This document shows positions 52,029-63,820 of a DNA stretch of 64,000 bases, piece by piece. Both the position numbers and the translations under genes were made by a program. Numbering within the stretch: the first letter of the stretch is position 1; each line of letters opens with the position of its first letter. Location: assembly GCA_965112735.1 (NCBI GenBank), contig OZ218960.1:2790001-2854000 (forward strand). Direction: 5' to 3'. The stretch is from Phaeosaccion multiseriatum. Lineage: Eukaryota > Protista > Ochrophyta, other classes. The notes beneath the pieces were generated by a model. That model had not been told where the DNA came from. It was given only the letters and a program-made list of their open reading frames with translations, and made no database searches.

Positions 52029-52845
52029 ATGGTGCGTGAGATGAACGAGATGGAGAGGCTGCATCATATGCACAGACAGCAGGATGAAGAGGCGCAGGCG
52101 CAGGATCAGTATAGGGAAAGTCCCCCCTCTCTGGCCGAGCAGCGGCAGCGGCAGCGGCATCGCCTCTATCAGCAGCAGCAAATCCAACATCAACAACAGG
52201 AACTCCTCCAAACACAACACCTGCTCCACCTCCAACAGCAACGAGAGCAACAACACCACCAATTCGCGGATGATGCCGTGCTCCAGCAACTCCTCAGGGT
52301 AAGGTTTGGGGTGCTTAATGTGAGCGCTGAGCGAGGGGGTCATGTGATCAATCTTCTCCCTCATTGAAGAGGCTTCCCCCTCCCCCTGTTTGTTGCTTGT
52401 TGCTCTCCCCCCGAATTTGTTATTTAATTTGTTGATGTGGTGGATGGATCGGACCAGGGCGACACCTCCGCCTATCTCGGAGAGCAAAGCTTCCTCAACC
52501 CCACAGGCAGTAGTGAAGCGGCTCTAGCACTCGACCCTCAACGACAAGGCGGTGGGGACGGGTTCGATCTGACTGACGAGAGGAGCGCACGCAGTGTTAG
52601 CCTGTCACTCAGCGAAGACAGTGTCCTGAGCCAGCAGAAGGAGTGGGGGCCGGGGGACGGGAGAGAACCTGCTGCTGTGCCTGGGCTGCCGGTTGATGCT
52701 GGCAGCCACATGGTAGGGGGTCCAAAGTACGAAATCGAGGGCGTGCTGGTTGGGGGCGACACCCCTTTGCCTTCAATGAAGCAGCCTCAGCAGAACCAGC
52801 GGCCGAAGGAGTTGGTGCTACAACAACAGCAGCAGAAGGAGCAGC

Positions 52846-52894
<49 letters not shown>

Positions 52895-53188
52895 TGGGGA
52901 AGGGGGTCGCACCCTCACGACCGAAGGACTCCCTCCCCTGGACCTGGCTCCTGGAGAAGCCGTAGTGGGCCATCGCGTAATCGGAGAAGGCGCAGTTGGT
53001 GATACAGCAGCTGCGGCAGTGGGGGAGCGGCTGGTCCACGTGGTGTATGTGCAGCGAGAGGAGCCCATCGGAGCGGCCCTCACCGTGAACAAGCGTGCGT
53101 GCGACAAGTGCTTCAAGCGCAAAAGAAAGTGAGTCATCAAGTTATACGTCAAGGAATAGCGTAAGTGGTAGTCAGTCAGTAAGTCCGT

Positions 53189-53220
<32 letters not shown>

Positions 53221-54476
53221 CCGTCAGCCTTTTGATAAGATAGAGATGGACAGGCCTACTGCTTCTGCTCCTGGCTCGGGTGTGTCCACCGACCCCCCCC
53301 CCCCCCCCCACCCATCATTCAGTTATTAATTGACATACTACGGCAAATCCAGGTGCGACGGTGACGGACGAAAACCCTGCTCCCTCTGCCGCAACAAGGG
53401 GGACGAGTGCCTGTACAGCAGAGAGCGGGGGGGCGACAAGGAAGGGGCGGGGGCCGCCCGAAGCACTGGCAAGCGTGCGTGCAAAGTAGAGAATGACGGA
53501 GTGCCAGAGAGATACTCGGCCTCCGCTGCGGCAGCCTTGGCGGGGAGTCGCGGCCAGAGTGGGCGTGGTAGCCCGGTCGGTGGTGAGGCCTACTACTTGG
53601 GGTCAGACCCCCGCTCCCGCTCCTCCTCCCCCACTCTCTCCTCCTCCTCCTCCTCCTCCTCCTCCTCCTCCGCCGTCCATGGAGAATACCACCGTTTGGA
53701 GCAGCAGGAGCAGCAGCAGGTACAGTTTGAGTTTGGATTTTTGGGATTGGTTAGGCAGGAAGGATCAAGCAAACCATACACCTCAGCTGTGGGGGCACGG
53801 TGCTGTTACTCAGACCTGCGACCAATGCATGCAGTTGAAAGAAGCGTCTCCCCCCTCCCCCCTCCCACCACTCTATCCATCCCATTGTGCCGTTGTACCA
53901 CTCCTGCGCCACGCGTCTGTGTCACAGATGGCGATAGCACTCGAGAAGCGGCCTCGCTTCAGTCCGTCCACAGCCACGGGGCTGGTGGGAATGAGAGAGA
54001 GCGGCTTGATCAGTACCTTCTTTCAAGAGGTAGGTAGGGGGGTAGGGGGTGAAGAGTGGAGGCAAAGGGTGGCCTCAGTTTATTCCAATGGATGATGTCA
54101 TCATCTTCAGAGCCAACCTGCCTGCTGTTGAAAGACGGTGAATCAGATGGGAGGATTAGGGAGGAATTATATTCACTCACAGGAATCAACGTTATGTGTG
54201 TTTGAGTGAGTGAGTGTGTGGGAGGATTAGGGAGGGAGGAGTGGACGTGGTCTCATAAACGAACACTCAAAAACTCAACTCAAACCCAAACCCGAACAGG
54301 TGGGCACGTGGCTGCCCCTCGCCACAGAGCGGGACCTCAGGGAGTCTTTGGTGCACCTCCTCCTCAACATGCACGTGACCCGCACTCCTGGGCACGCTCC
54401 GCAGCCTAGCGATGCAACTGGCAGCATGGCCCTCACAGCTGCCGGCAGCGGTGCAGAACCGGTGCGTTCGTGTGTG

Positions 54477-54520
<44 letters not shown>

Positions 54521-55238
54521 GTGCGTGCGTGCGTGGTGTGTGTATGTATGCGTGTGTGTATGTATGTATGCGTGTGTGTATGTGTGTGTGCGTTTGTGTA
54601 TGTATGCGTGTGCGTGTGTGTATGTGTGTACGTGTGAGTGTGGTGGGAGTTAGCGGGGTGATGGTGGGAGTTAGCGGGGTGATGGTAATGGTAGAGAGGT
54701 GATGGTAATGGTAGAGAGGTGATGGTAATGGTAGAGAGGTGATGGTAATGGTAGAGAGGTGATGGTAATGGTAGAGAGGTGATGGTAATGGTAGAGAGGT
54801 GATGGTAATGGTAGAGAGGTGATGGTAATGGTAGAGAGGTGATGGTAATGGTAGAGAGGTGATGGTAATGGTAGAGAGGTGATGGTAATGGTAGAGAGGT
54901 GATGGTAATGGTAGAGACGGAGGGGATGGAGGGCGGCGCTCTTTCAGAGAGGGAAAAGTCCTTTAGAGTGCTTGTTGCGTTTGACTGTTTCTCGTCCCTC
55001 TTCCTGTATCCCCTCACTCTCGTTGTCTCTCTCTGCCTCTCTTACTGTTTCTCTCTCCCTCTCTCTTTCACGGGCTGCTCTCCCTCTGTGGCCCAAACGC
55101 ACTGAAACAATGATGATAATGAAGGTGATAGCGGCGTACGACATTGGCATACTGTGGGCCACCATCGCACTCGGAGCCGCTCTGCAGGGAATGAACGTCT
55201 CTCAGGTCAGCCTTGGTGCACTCTCCCCCCCCCCCCTC

Positions 55239-55272
<34 letters not shown>

Positions 55273-56716
55273 CCTCTCTCTCTCTCTCCCTCTCTCTCTC
55301 TCTCCCTCCCTCTCTCTCTCTCCCTCCCTCTCTCTCTCTCTCCCTCCCTCTCTCTCTCTCCCTCTCTCCCTCCCTCTCTCTCTCTCCCTCTCTCCCTCCC
55401 TCTCTCTCTCTCCCTCTCTCTACCTCTTTCTTTCTCTCTTTCTCTCGCTCTCACCCTCTCTCTCCGTCCTCCACGCTAGAGGCATTGCTGTACTCTCACC
55501 CTCTCTCTCCGTCCTCCACGCTAGAGGCATTGCTGTACTGATCAGCAGTGGCGCACTTTTTCTCCATGCTCCTTCGCTGGCCTATGGACCGCTCCGAAGG
55601 GCTCTCCTAACTGATACGGACTCTTACGTCGCTCTCTGTCGCTCTCTGGCTCTCTCCCCCTATGTAAATCTCTTCCTCCTCCCTCCCTCCTTCCCTCCCT
55701 CTCCCCCCCTCCCCCTTTCTCATCCCCTCTCTGTTTCTCCCCCCCTCCCTTCCCCCTTTCCCTCTGTCTCCTTCCCCTCCTCCCCCCCCCCGCCCCCCTC
55801 CTCTCTCCCTCTAAGGTCATGCGCTACCGAGACATAGCAGAGTCAGCGGTGAAGCGTTGCAGAGGGGACGGAGATGGGAAGGCACTTCAAGCAAGGGTCA
55901 GTCCAGGGAGGGGGGGGTAGGAGAGGGGAAGATAAGGATGCCGGGGGGGGGGGCGGGGGAAGGGCAAGAGCCGGGGAAAAGGAGGCGAGGAGGGAAGCAA
56001 GAGGAGTTGTCATATGAGTTGTCATACAAGATGGATCGTCGGATCCGAGCACGGAGGGATGTGTGGAAGCTCGCTCCACTTTGCACCATCCCTTGGCCAT
56101 TGATATTCCTCCTCCTCCTCCTCCTCCTCCTCCTCCTCCTCCTCCTCCTCCTCCCCCCCTCCTTCCTCAGATGCTGTTCGCTGTTCTGAACGATATGGTG
56201 GGTAGGCACGATGCCTTCCTCTCCGATGTGCACGTGTGCAAAGAACAGATCAGGGCCCTGCCAGCGACCCCCGATGATGCCCAGGTCTGTGCACCATCCT
56301 CTGCCCTCCTTTGCCATCCTCTGCCATCCCATGTGCTGCCATCCGGCTGCCCTCTTCTGCCCCATGTTGCCATCCTCTGCCATCTGTTGCTACCTCGCCA
56401 AGGTGTTGCAGAGAGCAGGGTCGCGCTCGCCTTCCTTGCCCCCTTTTTGAAGATGGCGGACGCCTTTTGTTCTGGTCTCCTCTCTCTTCTCTCTCTTACT
56501 CGTACTCTCTCCCGCTCTCCGCTCTCTCTCTTTCTCTTTACCCCTCTTGTCTCTTTCTCTCTCCTCCCTCTCTCTCCCTCCCTCTCCCCCCACCCTTGTG
56601 CGGTGTGGTGTCTCAGACAAGCAACCTTCGTGTGGTAGCAAAGTTCTATGACCTGAGTGCGGTAATGTCACAAGATGGGAAGGTCTCTTTCGAGGACATT
56701 TTTGAGCATTTCAAGT

Positions 56717-56784
<68 letters not shown>

Positions 56785-58142
56785 GTGCGTATTTGCTTGT
56801 GTGTGTTGTTTGTGTGTCTGTGTTCGTGCGCGTGCGTGTATGTATGTATTTGTTTGCCAGTGGGTGTTTGCGTGCGCCCTCACTGCTCTGTTGGCTGTGA
56901 GGACTGGGTTTCATGCCTGCTAGGAGGGAAGCAGGCAGGGAGGGACGAAGGGAGGGGAGGGAGCGAAGGGGGGAGGGCGAGGAAAAGGGCGGGAGAAAGG
57001 AGGGAAGGAGGGAGGGAGGGAGGGGAGGGCATCCTTCCTGTCTGCTGTCTGCAGGCTTCATGTCCAGGCTCGCTCCCTGTTCAGTGCCTCCTTTCTGTAA
57101 CGAATAAGTCGTCGTTCTGACCGTCCATTGTTGGTTTCTCTTTGCCCCCCCCCCCCAACCCATCAACCTCCCAACTCATGAACCTCTTGACACTCACTGA
57201 CGGTTACTCGTACCCATCCTTCCTTCATGACACCGTTACTCGCACCCATCCAGGCCCGACTTGACTCAGAACGTTCCTCTGACTCAGTCAACGCTGTTCG
57301 AATCTCATCTCGACCACTTGTTTATCTACCAGCATGCGATTTATCTGCAGGTGAGGAGGGGAGGGGAGGAGAGGAGACGAGGGGGCAGGGGAGGGGGGAG
57401 GGGAGGACAGAGAGGAACTTACGTGTCCTGGAGAGGAGGGAGGGAAGGAGGCCGTGATGAACAAGAGCAAGAACAATTATGTATTATATATATATATATA
57501 CATTGGCTTCTTGTGCCTTGTGCGAGCAAGGCGCTTTGCTTGCATATAGCACCATCTCTGTGAGCACCCCTTCTTTGCTACCACTGCTCAATCTCCCTCC
57601 CCCCCCCCCCCCCTCTCTCCATCTCACCCTCCTCCCCTCCTTCCTCCTTCCCTCCCTCCCCTCCTTCCTGCTTCCCTCCCTCTCTCCCTCCCTCCCCTCC
57701 CTCCCTTTGTCCCCTTCCCCTCTTCCTCTCCCCCTCGGTCCCTCCCTCCTCCCTCCCTCCCTTCCGTCCCGTAGCACACGGGCAAGGACCCCGATGCCAT
57801 CACTAAGGCCAATGTGGTGCTGCTGCCCATGTTCGAGGAGGCGGCGGCCACGCTTAGGAAAGGACAGAACATGGGCAGCGCTTCCATGATCGGGGTGAGT
57901 GGGGTGGGGTGGTACAAGTCAGTTGTGGTAGGAGTAATAGAAGTAAACAGAGAGAGTGATAACAATAGTTGGAATCGGGGTGAGTGGTAGAATAGAGTAG
58001 CAGTAACAGTAACAATAGTAGTAGGAGAAGTTGTTGTAGCAGGAGCAGTAGTAGTAGTAGTAGTAGAAGTAGTTGTAGGAGCAGGAGCAGCAGTAGTAGT
58101 AGTAGTAGTAGTAGTAGTAGAAGTAGTTGTAGGAGCAGGAGC

Positions 58143-58191
<49 letters not shown>

Positions 58192-59732
58192 ATAGTAGAA
58201 GGGGAGGAGTACTAGAAGTATAAGAAGTTCATTTACACTCGTGACATCAGTCAGACAGGAGATTCTTCCTCACCTTCCCCCCTCCCCCCTTTCCCCTCTC
58301 CTCTCCTCTCCTCCGCCCCTCCACCGCCATCCTTCCCTTAACTCTCCAGTTGCTTGGAGGCCTGGGGTATATGTACATTTTCGGCGGCCAGGTGAGTAAG
58401 GGAGTGAGTGGGTGAGTGGGTGAGTGGGTGAGTGGGTGAGTGGTGAATGGGTGAGTGAGTGAGTGGGTGAGTGAGTGAATGAGTGAGTTAGCGAGTGAGT
58501 GATTGAGTGAGTGGGTAGGTGAATGAGTGAGTTAGCGAGTGGGTGAGTGAGTGAATTGGCGCGTGCGTGAGTGAGTGATTGCATAAGTGGGGTCTACTAT
58601 ACTGAAACTCCATTGGTGCGCCCCTTACGTAATACCCCTTACGTAATACCCCTTACGTAATACCCCAGATGCAGCGCGGAGTGGAGGTGATCGAGGAGGT
58701 GCTGAGGGGTGTGGAGGCAAACCCCGGGGTACTCAGAGTCAGCCAGGTGGGTGTCGTATGTCAATGGGTAGGCGGGTGTGGGTTTGAGGGTGTGAACTCA
58801 ATGGGTGGGTGGGTGGGTGGGTCTCCCGATGAATCCTAACTTGTTCGTTTACAAGTTGTTGTACTCGATATTTCATTGAAACTGAAACTGCTCTCTCTCT
58901 CCTCAATCTGCCTTTCTCCCTGTCTCTCTCTCTCTCCCCGTCTCTCCCTCTTCTCCCTCTCTATCATACTTGTGTCCTGTTCCTGTTACATTCTCCCCTC
59001 TCTTCTGTCTTCCTTTCGTCCACTATCCCCTCCCTCCCCATCCACTGCCATCCCTTCCCACCCCATCCACTGCCATCCCCTCCCTCCCCATCCACTGCCA
59101 TCCCTTCCCACCCCATCCACTGCCATCCCCTCCGTCCCCATCCACTGCCATCCCCGTCAGTGGCGGCACTACTGCCACTGCATCTCTTTTGTTGCACACA
59201 CGTTTGGGAGTGTCGCTGCATACGAGAGGTTTCGACACGTGCACAACGCAGTGGAGGGCATCCCGGAACAGATACCCCCGAGCGCCGAGGTGAGTCCAGA
59301 TGAGAGGCAGGGGAGGAGGAGGAAGAAGAGGGCATAGGACATCGGAAGGGATGCATGTAGAGAGGGAAGAGAGGGGAGGAGAGAAAGAGAGGGAGGGGAG
59401 GAGTGAAAGAGAAGGAGGGGAGGAGAGAATGAGGGAGAGACTCCTCCGCTAGCATCGAAGCTCGTGCTGAGCTCTGCTTGTCTTGATTTGCCATCCATTG
59501 CCATCCTTTGATTTCCCGTCCGCTGCCATCCTCTCTCCATCCCCTGAAGTGGTGCCTCTCAGCCCCCTGACCCCTCTGAATGGGCCCCGCCCCTCCCCCC
59601 TCCCCCCCGCCATGGACCCTCTTCTTTCTCCCAAACCGCACACCGCAACACATACACACACACACACAAACACACGCACACACACACACACACACGCCCC
59701 CCCTGCCCTCCCCACCCACACGCACACGCCCC

Positions 59733-59766
<34 letters not shown>

Positions 59767-60113
59767 CTCAACAGTTGTGTCCCCAAACGCTCTGTCAGAA
59801 TATCTTTTGCCTCAACACCACCAGCCACCTTTACGCGGCCCTCTCCGCTGCACAGCAGCAGAAGGAGGAGGTGGAGGAGCAGCAGCAAATGGCACCAGAA
59901 GAGATCGACGCTAGAGCTCAGGCAGAGGCGCAGGAGCAACTGAGTAGAGACGCCTCAGCTGCTGCAGCGGCCACTCAGGCTACTGCGGCGGCATTGAGAG
60001 CCCCGGCAGGGCAGGGGGGACAGGGGACCGGAGGGGTGGGGGGGGGGCGCGGGGGGGAGAACATGATGTTCACAGATGCGACCTTGGCTCTCTTGGATGA
60101 GGTGCTTGACTAG
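52029..60113 (+). CDS. Zn(II)2Cys6 transcription factor, full-length with C-terminal helical domain
   Basis: [14 protein letters not shown]|[22 protein letters not shown]. In-frame exons 52029-52298, 52458-53128, 53353-53719, 53928-54029, 54300-54461, 55125-55205, 55816-55896, 56171-56284, 56617-56714, 57254-57350, 57775-57894, 58350-58391, 58669-58746, 59161-59289, 59775-60113. Confidence 0.88.
54680..54916. repeat. Perfect 20-bp minisatellite GATGGTAATGGTAGAGAGGT, about 12 copies
   Basis: Identical tandem units in an intron. Confidence 0.97.
59036..59157. repeat. 25-bp tandem repeat built on TCCACTGCCATCC, 5 copies, abutting the acceptor
   Basis: Copies at 59041, 59066, 59091, 59116 and 59141. 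Confidence 0.9.
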
Positions 60114-60938
60114 TTGGTTGTTCGTTGGGAGTTGGGTTTTTATGCGATTCGCGTTTGAAGGGGTTCGCGAAGGAAGGGGACAAGTTGAGGAGAGAACGAA
60201 GCACGCCGAGGACACGCACCACAGAGAGAAGCAAAGCAGAGCAGCAAAGCACTACAGAAGGTTTGTAGCCTGTTCTTTGAGCTGTGTGTGTCTGTGTGTT
60301 GGGATTACTCCCTCGCTCCCTCCCTCCCTCTCTCTGGTGATGAAACACGACATACTCCGGCCCCTCTAGCGGTGGCAGTACCACACACCTTCTTCCGCAC
60401 GGTGATGCACTGGGAGGGTAGAGGGTTTTGAGTGGGGTATGGGTACGTTAGTAAGTTTGGGGCATCGAGTGAAACCATAGCCCAGGGTGGGACACACGTT
60501 TTTTTGGGAGCGAAAGAAAAGGAAGGCGGTGCCAGACGTGCGGACGAAACGAAGGACTATGTAACTTCTCTTTCCTCCTCATTGGCGATGGACACAGAGA
60601 GAGGGGGGGGAGGGAGGAGACAGGGCACAGCAACTGCAAACAGAGGCTGCGAGGAGGAACGGTTCAAGGGGGGGAACGACCCTTTCCAAAATCATTGTAC
60701 ATTTTTTTGTTGTTGCCGAAGTTGGACGAACACATCAAAACAATTCTCTATACAATGTGTATAAATGAACATAAGAAACACGAGTATATTCCCCCAAGGG
60801 CTCTCTCTCTCTCCTATGCTCTACACACACTCATCTGACCCGTCTCTCGCACCCCTCTCAGTCTGCGGACAGGGACAAATTATTATTATTATTCCCCCCC
60901 CCCCACTTCCTTGAACTATATTTATCACGCGATTTGCG

Positions 60939-61160
60939 TAAGAACCGCCCAAATCGCCCCCGATACATATTTTGGACAATTGTAGCAAAATGACGCTGGG
61001 AGAAGAAAGTTTTTCGTGTAGCTCTTTGAGATGCCTGCCGACACATAGTCTCTCGGCTTTCGACACTTCCTTCCTTCCCTAGTTTCCAGCATTTCCGTTG
61101 GAGCACTCCCCCTTGCCGCCCGATCCCTACTAAAAAATGGGCGATTTGGGCGAATCTTCA
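60939..61160. mobile_element. Possible MITE between convergent genes
   Basis: CGCCCAAATCGCCC (about 60946) and GGGCGATTTGGGCG (about 61139) form a 14-bp inverted repeat. No clear TSD. Confidence 0.45.
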
Positions 61161-61448
61161 TTAATACTTCGAAGTACTACGAAGTTTTAAAGCATTAAAA
61201 AATCAAAACTTAAAAAATGAATTGAGAAGAACATGAATATGCCATGCTCTTCTGAGCGCCTCGTTGTCGGCTCTCTCCATGTTGGGCAGGGTCAAATACG
61301 TCAATACACTGAAACTGAACCTGAAACTGACACGGTTTGTCCCCAGTCCCAGGTCCTGCACACGACGAGGCCCTCCTGTGTGGTCTCTTACTCTTGCTCA
61401 CAGTCTGGCGACGGTCACCCCTTTATGCCTATCCCCTGCCTCTTGCTC

Positions 61449-61607
61449 TCACAGTTTGGTGATGGTGACCCCTCCCGCCTTGACATCTTTGACAGCGTAT
61501 CCAAGGGCCGTGATAGCGTCCCTTGCCGCGTCAGCAGCGCCCCAGTCTTTGGCTGCCCTCGCCGTCGCTCGCTGCTTGAGCAGGGCTTGCAGCTAGGGTG
61601 TAGAGGG

Positions 61608-61648
<41 letters not shown>

Positions 61649-63820
61649 GGAGTGAGAGAGAGAGAGGAGAGAGTGGAGAGAGAGTAGGTGTGTGTCAGAG
61701 AGAAGTAGAGAGGAAGGAAGAGAGAACAGTGTAGAGAGAGCAAGAGAAAAGACGCCCCCTCCCTTCCTCCATCCCCCCCCTACAGTACCCACCTCTGCCG
61801 GAGCGGAGTCCACATCCACTGCCATCCCCCCTCCCTCCTCTCCCTCCTTGCCGAACGCAGGGCTCTCCACGTCGTAAAACAAGCCAAAGACTCTGTCCAT
61901 CTCCCCGAGAATATGAAGCATGTCCCGAGCCGTTTCGGGCCTAAGGTAGCCCCCCTTGGACGCACCCTCCCCGGCCTTGACCTACGGGGTATGTACACAC
62001 ACATACGTAAGGGAGGTACGTAAGTACGGGGTACGCACACAGAAGGGGCACATACGTAACGGGTACAAGGGGTACGTACACACACATACGTAAGTGAGTA
62101 CGTAAGTACGGGGTATGCACACAGAAGGGGCACATACGTAACGGGTACACAAACATACGCAAGGGGTACGTACACACACATACGTAAGGGAGTACGTAAG
62201 TACGGGGTATGCACACAGAAGGGGCACATACGTAACGGGTACACAAACATACGAAAAGGGGTACGTACCAGAGAGAAGAGGCCGGCGGCGGCTCGCGGAG
62301 TGGTGAGGTCATCCCCGAGACCAGCTTCGAACTGCGAGAGGGCGGATGAAAGCGCTTTAGGCAAGGCCTCAAGGCCCTTTTGGTGCTTTGCGGAGAGGGG
62401 TTCAGCTGGTGATGATGGAGGGACAGCAGACGCGGCCTTGGCGAGCATGGCCTTGAACTTATCGAGCCGCTTCACCGCATTCTTCGAAGCCTGTTGGAGG
62501 CAGGGGGGAAGGAAGGAAGGAAGGAAGGAAGGAAGGAAGGGAGGGAGGGAGGGAGGGAGGAGGGGTGTGGGAAAAGTCTCACACATAAGTCTCACATTGA
62601 AACAGTAAACTTCAAACTGAAACTGACCCTGACAACCACTGACAAGCACCCCCACCTTCAGAGCCTCTGGCGTGAAGTTGAGGGGCGAGCGGTAGTGGCT
62701 GCTCACCACGAGGTAGCGGAAACCTCGCACGTCGAGGGCGGTACGGAGAGCGCCTTGAAGGGTAAGGAAATTGCCTTTACTCTTGCTCATCTTTTCCTGT
62801 GGTAAGGGGGGAGGCCGGGGAGGGGAGGAGGAAGTCAGGGAGTGAGGAAGTGAGGGAGAGAGGGAGAGAGGGAGGGAGGAAGGGAGGAAGGGAAGTAGAA
62901 CGGGAAGTAGAAAGGGAGGGAGGGAGGGAGGGAGGGAGGGAGGAAGGGAGGAAGGGAGGGAGGTAGGGAGGGAGGGAGGAAGGAAGGGAGAGAGGAAGGG
63001 AGGGAGGGAGGGAGGGAGGGAGGGAGGGAGGGCGGGAGAGAGGGAGGGAGGAAGGGAGGAAGGGAAGTAGAACGGGAAGTAGAAAGGGAGGGAGGGAGAA
63101 AGGGAGGAAGGGAGGAAGGAAGGGAGGGAGGGAGGGAGGGAGGGAGGGAGGGAGGGAGGAAGGAAGGAAGGAAGGAAGGGAGGAAGGAAGGAAGGAAGGA
63201 AGGGAGGGAGGGAGGGAGGAAGGAAGGGAGGAAGGGAGGGAGGGAGGAAGGGAGGGAGGGAGGGAAGGAGAAAAGGAGGGGAGGGAGGGAGGAAGACGGT
63301 CGGGCCGAGTCACTAAAAGTACACTAAAATCGATACGAAGAGTCGCTATCTGAACCCCGACGAACACATACACGCACCGAGTCAACGTTAACGAATCCGT
63401 TGTGTATCCAGCAGCCGCAAAAGGGCTTGCCTGTAAACCCCTCGCTCTGCGCAATTTCATTTTCGTGGTGGGGGAAGACAAGGTCGACTCCTCCGGCATG
63501 AATGTCGATGGTATCGCCCAGGTATCTGCAGCAGTTGGTGATACAGCAGGCACAGGAGGCAGATCAGTATATGCTATCAAATAGGTGCAGGAAGGCCTGA
63601 GCGAAAGTGCCGTGCGTGAGCACGTGCGTACCTACCACGTGCGTATTCCTCGTCAAAACCACCGTCGAAGTTTAGTGACGTCAATCAATATGGATGATGT
63701 GTCGATATCGACATCGTCATCTGTGACAGGTAGGGCCATATATATATAGTGGGACGTATGCGTCTTCTCACCTTCTCGCCATGGCACTGCACTCAATGTG
63801 CCACCCCGGTCGGCCCTTGC
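61449..63820 (-). CDS. cysS: Cysteinyl-tRNA synthetase (bacterial/organellar type), 5' part outside window
   Basis: [85 protein letters not shown]. Exons 63820-63772, 63525-63378, 62796-62656, 62490-62269, 61981-61793, 61592-61449. Confidence 0.96.
61985..62268. repeat. Intron composed almost entirely of TACGTA-rich tandem units
   Basis: CACACATACGTAAG..GTACGTAAGTACGGGGTA..CACACAGAAGGGGCACATACGTAACGGGTAC repeated 3 times. Confidence 0.85.

Noticed and set aside
54680-54916. CRISPR-like array (also 805-1175, 6698-7275, 40253-40369)
   Set aside because: Head-to-tail repeats with no unique spacers, no cas genes, eukaryotic context.
42088-60113. Zn2Cys6 genes as fungal contamination or recent horizontal transfer
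   Set aside because: They share the intron style and dispersed motifs of neighbouring genes, and the family is known outside fungi.
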